A stretch of 64,000 nucleotides of DNA. Source: an uncultured Candidatus Saccharibacteria bacterium (GTDB lineage: Bacteria; Patescibacteriota; Minisyncoccia; Phycocordibacterales; UBA9973). The notes under the pieces were generated by a model that made no database searches, had not been told where the DNA came from, and saw only the letters and a list, made by a program, of their open reading frames with translations. Within the stretch, counting starts at the first letter, position 1; the number at the start of each line of letters is the position of its first letter. This document shows, piece after piece, positions 1 to 7,993 of the stretch. The stretch lies in contig CAZWJU010000002.1 in the NCBI GenBank assembly GCA_964634365.1, forward strand, positions 167,150 to 231,149, in the 5' to 3' direction. A program made the position numbers and the translations under genes.

Positions 1-482
1 GCCTATGGTCGCTCGTGCAACCGGCTTGCCCAATAAAAACTTTTCTCACTTCCCCGCTTATGCAGTTTATAGAGAGGCATCGTGTTCCGCACGAAGGTTT
101 TTTACCTGCCATTGTTGTTTGGTCGATAAGATTTTATCTGTGGTTGGAAGACACAGAAATTTCTTATTGGGCTATGGGAGCAGATATCTCCCGTCGCCCT
201 TAATCCCAATAGTCAGCCCATGATAACGTCTTTATGACGGATCAAGGATTGAATCACTTTCCTTGTGGAAAGCTAGCTAGGATTTATAACCTTCTTACCA
301 GATGGCACTGGTCCGCTTCTTTTCCCTATCGAAGGGAGATTACCAGAAATGGCAACCACGCTACTTCCGGTAATCTCACTTCGATTTAAAGGGGATTTAT
401 GATTTCAGACAAATGACACTGGCTAACTCCACAATTAAATTATTTAGTGAGTGCGTGTGTCATTTACCTTCATCAAACTTCT
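1..482 (-). ncRNA. Candidate large structured non-coding RNA (3' part runs off the window)
   Basis: Downstream of a consensus sigma70 promoter, no minus-strand ORF >=60 aa, dense stems (long stem about 322-395, stem 411-465, three-way junction 76-110). Confidence 0.6.
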
Positions 483-488
483 GGAGAT

Positions 489-517
489 AGTATAGCAGAT
501 TCAAATTTATTTGTCAA
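489..517 (-). promoter_or_regulatory. sigma70 promoter (leftward)
   Basis: Minus strand TTGACA-N17-TATACT. Confidence 0.8.
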
Positions 518-566
518 GTATTTTTGCCTAATTTATAAAAATACTTATATTTACCAATGTTTATTG

Positions 567-584
567 TGTCATTGTATTATGACA
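567..584. promoter_or_regulatory. Palindromic operator candidate
   Basis: TGTCAT-tgtatt-ATGACA midway between the two divergent promoters. Confidence 0.45.
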
Positions 585-631
585 TTTATATTTTTATTTT
601 GCTAAATAAAGGTTTTTATTGTCTTATTTGC

Positions 632-660
632 TTGACAAATGTATTTGTATTTGCTATACT
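632..660 (+). promoter_or_regulatory. sigma70 promoter (rightward)
   Basis: TTGACA-N17-TATACT, spacer nearly identical to the leftward promoter. Confidence 0.8.
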
Positions 661-666
661 CTTTGC

Positions 667-986
667 ATAATTGTTATTTATGTATGACTAACTGCCACAC
701 TCGCGCTGATTTAGCGCCCGTATCGTTCGACAAAAACGTTAATCCCCGTATCCGAGGAAAAACGTAATGTCCATTCGAAGGCCCTGCAAAAAAGAATGTA
801 AAAATCCAAAAGCAGAGCCGTTGTTGATCTATGGGTGACTAAATTTTTGAGGAGGATACTGAAACCTAAAAGGTCCCTCAGTCCTCCTCACCCCCAGGGG
901 GTTTGGTCTACTCATTCAATGTTTTTTGTAGTCATGCGTGAATACAAAAAACATTGAAAAAGCCGCTCAATACGAGCGGTCTTTTT
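667..986 (+). ncRNA. Candidate ~320 nt structured RNA (or two tiny ORFs of 27 and 23 aa)
   Basis: Promoter at 632-660, hairpins 848-890 and 916-958, terminator-like hairpin 957-986. Confidence 0.5.
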
Positions 987-1001
987 ATTTGTTGTGATAT
1001 C

Positions 1002-1772
1002 CTACCTATTTTTCTTGTCTTTTTCTTCTGCCTCTATCCCCTTTATAGCTAGTCTAAACAAAGTTTTCATAGTATCTGCAAAATCTTTGCTTTTTATATA
1101 TATAGCCGAAAGACTATTTGACAGTGTGTGTATATGCACCCTATCTGCATACAAACCAATCTCACAAGACACATTGTAGTCTTTTGAATCTAGTCTATAA
1201 CGATTCGATGTATTGTCTGATTGATACACTTCATCTTTTGAAGAGTATATAGAAGTAAGCTTGATATTGTTTTTTATGCGGTTTTCTTTTGCTGCCTGCT
1301 GCTCCTTTTCAGAAAACACATCTTTCACTAGGTCGCGAGGGTATATAAGATAAGCATCTTTGTCTTTGTCACCGGCCTGAAAATAATCCCCGACTGATTT
1401 TAGTATCCCCTCTCTGCCTTCATATATCTTCACAATAGGCTTCTCTCCGGTCTGTATAGAAGCACCTTTTAATCTAGGAATTACTTCGTCGAGCAACTTT
1501 TCTTGCTCCATAAGAGAATTTTGCTTGTTTTTTATAAAAGTAATCAGTCTTTCAGGTGGTTCGGCTTGGTATCTAGCCTTTTTACCACTATCAACCTCAA
1601 TAACAAGGTCTTTTTTGATTAATTGTTCTAAAACTGGGTATATAGTGGTTCTGTTTATGAGTGTTAACTTAGAAAGATCAATAACCGAAGCACTCTCTAC
1701 TGTTAGTAGCTTTTGGTATATTTCAGCTTCTTTTTCGGATAGGCCAATATCTTCTAGAAATTGTTGAATCAT
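1002..1772 (-). CDS. TrmB-family HTH transcriptional regulator
   Basis: GLSEKEAEIY...RTTIYPVLEQL winged HTH; YEGREGI motif at the start of the C-terminal domain. Confidence 0.85.
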   Translation of the reverse strand: MIQQFLEDIGLSEKEAEIYQKLLTVESASVIDLSKLTLINRTTIYPVLEQLIKKDLVIEVDSGKKARYQAEPPERLITFIKNKQNSLMEQEKLLDEVIPRLKGASIQTGEKPIVKIYEGREGILKSVGDYFQAGDKDKDAYLIYPRDLVKDVFSEKEQQAAKENRIKNNIKLTSIYSSKDEVYQSDNTSNRYRLDSKDYNVSCEIGLYADRVHIHTLSNSLSAIYIKSKDFADTMKTLFRLAIKGIEAEEKDKKNR

Positions 1773-1936
1773 GTTAATAAAATTGTATCACAATATGATG
1801 TTTTTCTTAAAAACCCTTTGCCTATTGCACATTTTTGGGGGTTGGCTATACTTAATTCAAGCGTATAAAGACCCCTCATGGAAAAGGGGTCGTAAAGCGG
1901 GTCGTATTACCACTTAGTTACCACTACAAACTAAAT

Positions 1937-2209
1937 ATGAATAAACAAGCTCTAGTAGAATGGGTTCACGGAAAAATCGGAGGCACAAAAGTGCAAGCTG
2001 AAGAAATCGTGGACGGATTGATAGATGCAATCATCGGTACTTTGAAAAAAGGCGGTGAAGTTTCAATAGCAGGTTTGGGTATTTTCTCAGTTAAAGATCG
2101 TGCAGCTCGTATGGCTCGCAATCCAAAAACTGGAGAACAAGTGAAGGTAGCTGCAACACGTGTTCCAAAATTCCGTGCTGCAAAAGCTTTCAAAGACGCA
2201 GTTAAATAA
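1937..2209 (+). CDS. hup: HU DNA-binding protein
   Basis: GLGIFSVKDRAARMARNPKTGE...PKFRAAKAFKDAV. Confidence 0.95.
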   Translation: MNKQALVEWVHGKIGGTKVQAEEIVDGLIDAIIGTLKKGGEVSIAGLGIFSVKDRAARMARNPKTGEQVKVAATRVPKFRAAKAFKDAVK

Positions 2210-2215
2210 TTTTCC

Positions 2216-2235
2216 CCTGCCTGCCGGCAGGCAGG
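2216..2235. repeat. Perfect 20-bp REP-like palindrome
   Basis: CCTGCCTGCCGGCAGGCAGG. Confidence 0.7.
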
Positions 2236-2332
2236 TCTCGAAATTATATATGTATATAAAAAGAAAAACTCGGTCCTATCCCCGAGTTTTTCTTTTTATA
2301 AAAAAACCTCTGGATTACCAGAGGTTTTTATT

Positions 2333-2503
2333 TTATTTTCCGATATTTTTTTGTGACTCTCTTACTTCTGGAGAAGGTTTTTGAGAAAACTTTTCTCTCT
2401 CTTCCCCTTCTGTCTTTATTTTTGTAACAGGTCTACCTGCTTTTTCAAATTCTTCTTGGCCTTTACTCAAAGTATTAAATAAAGAAAAGTACTTTCTATC
2501 CAT
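2333..2503 (-). CDS. Small charged hypothetical protein (56 aa, below ORF-track cutoff)
   Basis: MDRKYFSLFNTLSKGQEEFEK...KNIGK; TATAAT just upstream, terminator hairpin downstream. Confidence 0.5.
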   Translation of the reverse strand: MDRKYFSLFNTLSKGQEEFEKAGRPVTKIKTEGEEREKFSQKPSPEVRESQKNIGK

Positions 2504-2555
2504 ATTTTGAATTATACACCCAAAAGAAAATCCACCATTTTAAATGGTGGATAAT

Positions 2556-3542
2556 TCAATAGCCAATATCTTCGTATAAAGTAGAGAAGACAACAGAATA
2601 GAACATCTGTTTATACGATCCCCCTAGTTCCAAATGAGCCTCTCGCTCGAACGAGCCTCTTCTGATGTATTCCAATCCATATGCATCACTCCAGGTCTGA
2701 TTGTCAGCATAAGACAAGAAAGATCGTAACGACACAAGCCTAGAGTTGAACATTCCATATATATATTTTGACAGAGAAGTTGCGGGTTTATCCTTGAACT
2801 GCTTTGCATGCCCTAGCTCTTCTAAAAAAAGATCAGGATTCCATGTATAACAATAATATCTATTGTTTTTCAAAGAATCTGTATTCCTTTCAAGTAATTT
2901 AGCTAAAAATATTCTATTGTTTAGTGGATCGTAGAAAGCATCGGCGTATTGCATTGGAAAAGAGTTTGAATTTGGGCAGTATTTCAATTTTGGCGCACCA
3001 AGTGAGAGATATACCTTCCATATGGTTTGATAGGTTGCTGTACTATTCAGACTATCTGGAGCAAAGTAAAATCTTTTTTCTATATCAATACCTTTACCCA
3101 GAAGATGTATATCAAATTCTTGATATGACATAGATTCAATTTCTTCTATAACACTTTGTACACTGTCTCTTATAGAAACTCTAGTACGAAAAGCTGTTTC
3201 AAGTCTACTTAATGTATCTTGATAAAATTGCATCACTTTCCACTCTCTGCTTATATCCTCTTTTCCAGCATAATAATTTACAATCATATCTGTTTCTTTG
3301 TCGCCACTTGTATAATTTGAAGCGTCTGGGGAAAGCAAGCTAAATGTTTCAACAGATAAATCATACTCCCCTCTCTCAAACAAAAAACCATACAAGGCGA
3401 TCGAGATCCAAACCGCAAAAAATAATGCAGTGAAGACTAGCGACGTACGCCAAAAGATTCTATAAATCCTGTTGGCTAGAGCACTCCAAAAAAGTAATTT
3501 CGGGAAATTAGATTTATAATTCCAAAAGCTTTTATATTCCAT
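2556..3542 (-). CDS. Membrane-anchored hypothetical protein, possible zincin-like peptidase
   Basis: N-terminal TM; EELGHAKQ...FEREAH resembles a variant HExxH...E motif. Confidence 0.55.
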   Translation of the reverse strand: MEYKSFWNYKSNFPKLLFWSALANRIYRIFWRTSLVFTALFFAVWISIALYGFLFERGEYDLSVETFSLLSPDASNYTSGDKETDMIVNYYAGKEDISREWKVMQFYQDTLSRLETAFRTRVSIRDSVQSVIEEIESMSYQEFDIHLLGKGIDIEKRFYFAPDSLNSTATYQTIWKVYLSLGAPKLKYCPNSNSFPMQYADAFYDPLNNRIFLAKLLERNTDSLKNNRYYCYTWNPDLFLEELGHAKQFKDKPATSLSKYIYGMFNSRLVSLRSFLSYADNQTWSDAYGLEYIRRGSFEREAHLELGGSYKQMFYSVVFSTLYEDIGY

Positions 3543-3622
3543 CGAACAAGTATTTGATTCTTTTTACTCCTATAAAAAGAAAATTGCAAGCAATAAAAAA
3601 ACCACTTTTGTAAGTGGTTTTT

Positions 3623-3979
3623 TTATTTATTTTCGTTCGGATTGTGTGGCGGGTTTGAGTTTGGCTCTTTACTTTGTTCCCCGGGGATAATTCTTTGATC
3701 ATCTTCTTTTGGATTACCCTCTGGGTCAATTTCTTCTGGAAAATCTTCTTCTGGATTTTCTTGTTCAATTTTCTTTTTTTCTTCCAAAAGTCTTTTCTTT
3801 ATATTTAAAATAGATTCTTGTTCTTTTTGAAAATCACCTCTTGGTTTATCACGCCGAGCATTGAAAAGCTCTTCTCCTTCTGGAGGATTTTCTGGCTTAA
3901 AATCACTTCGATTCTTTATACCTTTATCTTTATCATCTCCCCCATTTCTCCAAGGCGGAATCCACTCTTTAAAATTCAT
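3623..3979 (-). CDS. Low-complexity acidic/Pro-rich hypothetical protein
   Basis: 118-aa ORF followed by terminator hairpin. Confidence 0.55.
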   Translation of the reverse strand: MNFKEWIPPWRNGGDDKDKGIKNRSDFKPENPPEGEELFNARRDKPRGDFQKEQESILNIKKRLLEEKKKIEQENPEEDFPEEIDPEGNPKEDDQRIIPGEQSKEPNSNPPHNPNENK

Positions 3980-4058
3980 AAATAGATTATATCAGAAAAA
4001 TGAATAATCGCTTTTTCGCAAATACCATTTGGGTATTTGGATATATTTTTAATGCTGG

Positions 4059-4253
4059 GTCGGGGTGCCGGGTGAGCCGTGTGAGGGAACCCTGTGGGTG
4101 GACGGCGCAAGACCTTTTGAGATATCTTTACGAATATTTGAAGTAAAGTATCCAAAAGGTGTACAGGTTCTGTAAGAACTCGAACCCAGAGTCGCCTCTA
4201 TAATGATCCTCGAATACCGTTTATATACCTGGAGGTTGTTCTTAAAAGTTTTG
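4059..4253. repeat. tRNA-associated hairpin element (Pro locus)
   Basis: Copy of tRNA 3' half split at the T-loop (4059-4072 and 4180-4197) by ~107 bp of hairpins ending in GTTC-TGTAA-GAAC. Confidence 0.7.
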
Positions 4254-4326
4254 TCGGGGTGCCGGGATTCGAACCCGGAGTCGCCTGTTCCCAAAACAGG
4301 AATGTTAGCCGTTACACTACACCCCG
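4254..4326 (-). tRNA. tRNA-Pro(UGG)
   Basis: Cloverleaf CGGGGTG...CCTGT-TTTGGGA-ACAGG...GTTCGAATC...CACCCCG-A. Confidence 0.95.
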
Positions 4327-4417
4327 ACAAAACTTTCAAAATACATAACTTACACAAAACTAGCTTGTAGGGCTCAGTATAGCCGAGATACATATAATCT
4401 TCAAGTTTTTTATAAAT

Positions 4418-4595
4418 TGTGCGGGATAGGAGAATCGGTCACAAATAATTTTTATTACATAAAATTTTCGCGACCCCGACTCAGCGACAAGCACTCGCTT
4501 CGCTCGTCTTGTATACCGCCTCCGTCTTTCGATTCCCCTACCGCACTAAAACACAAAAGCCCGAACACTAACATGTCCGAACTTTGTGTTTTATG
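4418..4595 (-). repeat. tRNA-associated hairpin element (Gly-GCC locus)
   Basis: Hairpin, antisense copy of tRNA 3' end, core AGACGG..GAGTCGGGGTCGC..TGTAA..TGTGACC, then 20-bp direct copy of tRNA 3' end (4418-4437). Confidence 0.8.
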
Positions 4596-4666
4596 TGCGG
4601 GATAGGAGAATCGAACTCCTGTCTCATCCTTGGCAAGGACGTGTTCTACCACTAAACCAATCCCGC
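4596..4666 (-). tRNA. tRNA-Gly(GCC)
   Basis: GCGGGAT...GTCC-TTGCCAA-GGAT...GTTCGATTC...ATCCCGC-A. Confidence 0.95.
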
Positions 4667-4747
4667 ATATTCTTTGTACCTTGCGATATTAACATTGAAA
4701 TCGATTTTGTGCAAAAGAAAAACCCTGAAAATCAGGGTTTAGTTTTT

Positions 4748-5170
4748 TTAGGCGAAGGCCTCTTCGTTTGCGAGCATAAAGAGCCTCTCTACCCACTCGG
4801 TGTATTTACCGAGTATAAAAAAGGTCAGGAGCGCAAGCACGAGCTCGATTGCCACACACTGCGTGTGTGGAAGCATTTCACGCTTGTACTTGGATGTAAG
4901 CTCTGAGCGAATGTTTGCTGCAACCTCACAAAGAGGATTATTTTCCCTTCTGTGCATTACTGCGCTCACAGCTTTTGAAAAATGAAACGAATAGTGAAAA
5001 TCGTTTTTAGAAACCCCCTCCAGAGCTTCTTCAATCCCCTTGGCCAAGGCTTTAAATTCCTTGTCATGATTTGCATCGCCAAGATTTTTGATTTCAACGA
5101 TTTTGTTTATCAGAAACGTCGTGAGCTCCTGAAAATGCCGTTTCCCGGCTTCTTGTTTTTCTACTCGCAT
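4748..5170 (-). CDS. Hypothetical protein
   Basis: 140-aa ORF followed by terminator hairpin. Confidence 0.55.
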   Translation of the reverse strand: MRVEKQEAGKRHFQELTTFLINKIVEIKNLGDANHDKEFKALAKGIEEALEGVSKNDFHYSFHFSKAVSAVMHRRENNPLCEVAANIRSELTSKYKREMLPHTQCVAIELVLALLTFFILGKYTEWVERLFMLANEEAFA

Positions 5171-5273
5171 AAAGTGGTTTTGGGTTATTTAATTTGTTTA
5201 AAGAACATATAAAATATTACACCTGTGTTTTTATTTTGACAAGTATTTTTATTTGTTGAGTTTTGTAAAATAG

Positions 5274-5648
5274 CTAAATTATATTTTCAATAACCTTAAC
5301 TTTGGCTTTTTTGTTTACATTATCCAAAAGGACACATACCAAGTCTATTTGCCACTCTATGTCCTTTATATTCTTCTCATGTAAATATGTTGATATTGTC
5401 CTTTGTAATTTGACCAATTTAAATTGATTCATGTTTTCTTCTGGTCTTATTGTAGAATTGAAGCTCATAGACTTAACTTCTATAAAATAAATCGCTTTAT
5501 TCTTTTTTGCGATAATATCTATTTCGCCAAGTCTTCTTGTGTAATTTCTTTCAATTATTTCAAAACCATGTTTCATGAGAAACATACAAGCGATCTCCTC
5601 GCCCAATTCTCCTTTCTTTTGAGATTTTGAAGTAAAAACCTTAGGCAT
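5274..5648 (-). CDS. yraN: YraN family (UPF0102) PD-(D/E)XK protein
   Basis: GELGEEIA...ERNY...GEIDIIA...FIEVK. Confidence 0.9.
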   Translation of the reverse strand: MPKVFTSKSQKKGELGEEIACMFLMKHGFEIIERNYTRRLGEIDIIAKKNKAIYFIEVKSMSFNSTIRPEENMNQFKLVKLQRTISTYLHEKNIKDIEWQIDLVCVLLDNVNKKAKVKVIENII

Positions 5649-5768
5649 GTTTCATATGAAACTAATAATTTATGTAAAAATGATTATATTTTAGTTACAC
5701 GTGCAACTTTTCTAATAAAAAACCACTTGTTTCATGTGTAACTATTTAAATATGTTTCACGTGAAACA
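5569..5768. promoter_or_regulatory. parS: parS cluster (5 sites)
   Basis: Perfect TGTTTCACGTGAAACA at 5753-5768; variants at 5569, 5648, 5693 and 5728. Confidence 0.85.
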
Positions 5769-5858
5769 TATTTTTATATAGGACATGAGTTTTCCACCTA
5801 AAAACTACTAAAATTCTACAAACCATTGAAAAATAAGGATATTTTATTGAAAAAAGAC

Positions 5859-5949
5859 TGTGGATAAATACACAACTTGATGTCCTTTATAAACAATATA
5901 CACGCCTTTATCCACATATCATTGAAAAATAAAGTTTTTTTGTGTATAA
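5859..5949. promoter_or_regulatory. DnaA-box cluster
   Basis: TGTGGATAA 5859, TTATCCACA 5908, TGTGTATAA 5941, plus degenerate boxes. Confidence 0.7.
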
Positions 5950-5989
5950 AAGGACATTTAAACCTGCTGAACAACAGATACTTTACCTA

Positions 5990-6120
5990 AATGTGCATCC
6001 GGAGGGATTCGAATATTACATATTCAGGTATTTTTCGCTTTTGTTGCACAAAAGATCGAAAAATCTTTCGAATACCCCCCCCCGCAAGCAAAGAAGTTTG
6101 CTTGCTCGTATGCACCAATG
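5990..6120 (-). repeat. tRNA-associated hairpin element (Arg-UCG locus)
   Basis: GCAAGCAA-ACTTCT-TTGCTTGC, antisense T-arm, stem, GAATA-TGTAA-TATTC, then 24-bp near-direct copy of tRNA 3' end. Confidence 0.8.
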
Positions 6121-6192
6121 TGCACCCGGAGGGATTCGAACCCCCAACAACGGTTCCGAAGACCGGTATGATATCCATTTCACTACGGGTGC
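6121..6192 (-). tRNA. tRNA-Arg(UCG)
   Basis: GCACCCG...CGGT-CTTCGGA-ACCG...GTTCGAATC...CGGGTGC-A. Confidence 0.93.
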
Positions 6193-6270
6193 AGTAAAAT
6201 CAGTATAAGCTTTATATAATAAATTGCAAAATAAGGTTTTCCTGATATAATCCATTTTATATTAATAATC

Positions 6271-6341
6271 GCGGGATTAGTTAAATGGTATAACTTCAGT
6301 TTTCCAAACTGAAATCAAGGGTTCGATTCCCTTATCCCGCA
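6271..6341 (+). tRNA. tRNA-Gly(UCC)
   Basis: GCGGGAT...TCAGT-TTTCCAA-ACTGA...GTTCGATTC...ATCCCGC-A. Confidence 0.95.
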
Positions 6342-6473
6342 CAAATAATTTTATAGGGATAGTGAGCAAACTGCTTTGCTCACGGAAGGGAATCGAAAGA
6401 CTTTTCCATACAAGCGAAGCGAGACGGAAAAGTACCTGGCTATGTAATAGCCGATTCCCTTATCCCGCACAAA
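6342..6473 (+). repeat. tRNA-associated hairpin element (Gly-UCC locus)
   Basis: GTGAGCAA-ACTGCT-TTGCTCAC, antisense T-arm, stem with GCGAAGC, GGCTA-TGTAA-TAGCC, then 22-bp direct copy (6452-6473). Confidence 0.8.
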
Positions 6474-6480
6474 ATGCTCT

Positions 6481-7959
6481 ATGAGCAAAACACACGAAAT
6501 TAAAAAAGAATCCATACCTACTGAGATATTGGATATATTGAAAACTCTTGAAAGTTCTGGGTTTGAGGCTTTTATCGTAGGTGGCTGTGTTCGTGACTTA
6601 CTACTAAATCGTAAACCAAAAGATTGGGATATAACAACAAATGCAATACCAGAAGAAATAATACCTTTGTATGAAAAAACAGTTTACGAAAATACCTTTG
6701 GTACCGTTGCTGTAATACTAGAAGATAGTGAAGATAAAACACTTAGACAAATAGAGATAACTCCTTATAGAACAGAAGGGAAGTATTCTGACAAAAGACA
6801 CCCGGATACAGTGTCCTTTAGTAAAGATATAAAAGATGATTTAGCCAGAAGAGACTTTACGGTAAATGCTCTTGCCTACAACCCCTCTAGAAGTCAATTA
6901 ATTGACCTTTTTGAGGGTATAAAGGACATAGAGGTCAAAACTATAAGGACAGTCGGCAATCCTTCTGACAGGTTCTCTGAAGACGCTTTACGCATGATCA
7001 GGGCGATTCGTTTTTCTTGTGAACTTGGTTTTGCTGTGGATAACGAAACACTTCAGGCAATTGTGGAAAACGCACAAAATATTTCAGAAATTTCTACAGA
7101 AAGAATTAGAGACGAATTTGTAAAAATAATAATGTCCAAAGAGCCGGTGATAGGTGTTGCTATGCTCCAAAAAACTGGGATGCTTAAATACATAATCCCA
7201 GAACTAGAAGAGGGTATAGGGTGTGAACAGGGAGGTGCGCACAAATACAATGTATATGAGCACTTACTCCAGGCACTCCAACACTCTGCTGACAAAAACT
7301 GGCCACTAGAGATCAGACTCTCAGCGCTCTTTCACGATATCGGTAAGCCAAAAACTCGAAGAAAGGGAGTCAAGAAGGCGTATACATTCTATGGGCACGA
7401 AGTTGTTGGAGCAAGGATGGTTAAGGTGATTATGGAGAGACTAAAGTTCCCGAAAGATACAAGCGAGCTAGTGACAAAGCTAGTAAGACAACACATGTTC
7501 TTCTCTGACACAGAACAAATATCACTTTCTGCTGTACGAAGAATTGTGCGGAATGTAGGAGTGGAAAATATTTGGACACTTATGAATGTGCGTGAGTGTG
7601 ATCGTGTGGGAATGGCAAAAGTAGAAGCTCCATATCGATTGCGTAAATATCATGCAATGATCGAGGAGGTTCTGCGTGATCCGATATCTGTTTCGCAACT
7701 TGTGGTAGATGGAAATATTTTGATGGGTGAACTCAATGTGAAGCCCGGACCTCGCATGGGCTGGATACTAAACTCACTTCTAGAAGAAGTGCTCGATGAC
7801 CCAGCAAAAAATACTCGCGAGTATCTGGATAAAAGAGTAGGGGAACTGAACGAGTTGGAAGATAAAAGTTTGAAATTGTTAGCTGACAAAGCTAAGCAAA
7901 CAAAAGATGAACTAGAGGAAAAAGAGATCGAGGAATTACACAAGAAGCATAGAGTATAA
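6481..7959 (+). CDS. cca: CCA-adding tRNA nucleotidyltransferase with HD domain
   Basis: VGGCVRD, DWD, RRDFTVNA, EDALR, ERI motifs; FHDIGKP HD motif. Confidence 0.9.
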   Translation: MSKTHEIKKESIPTEILDILKTLESSGFEAFIVGGCVRDLLLNRKPKDWDITTNAIPEEIIPLYEKTVYENTFGTVAVILEDSEDKTLRQIEITPYRTEGKYSDKRHPDTVSFSKDIKDDLARRDFTVNALAYNPSRSQLIDLFEGIKDIEVKTIRTVGNPSDRFSEDALRMIRAIRFSCELGFAVDNETLQAIVENAQNISEISTERIRDEFVKIIMSKEPVIGVAMLQKTGMLKYIIPELEEGIGCEQGGAHKYNVYEHLLQALQHSADKNWPLEIRLSALFHDIGKPKTRRKGVKKAYTFYGHEVVGARMVKVIMERLKFPKDTSELVTKLVRQHMFFSDTEQISLSAVRRIVRNVGVENIWTLMNVRECDRVGMAKVEAPYRLRKYHAMIEEVLRDPISVSQLVVDGNILMGELNVKPGPRMGWILNSLLEEVLDDPAKNTREYLDKRVGELNELEDKSLKLLADKAKQTKDELEEKEIEELHKKHRV

Positions 7960-7993
7960 AATAAATAAAACGAGCCAATTGGCTCGTTTTTGT

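Noticed and set aside
5-223. Plus-strand ORFs 5-223 and 15-203
   Set aside because: No recognisable motifs, and they are antisense to the promoter-driven structured region.
4049-6255. ORF-track ORFs 4049-4393, 4417-4605, 4455-4652, 5942-6208, 5987-6178, 5991-6197 and 6016-6255
   Set aside because: They overlap tRNA genes and hairpin elements; spurious frames.
4418-6473. Prophage/ICE attL-attR pairs at tRNA 3' duplications
   Set aside because: Only about 100-160 bp separate the copies, there is no cargo or adjacent integrase, and an extra antisense copy is present.
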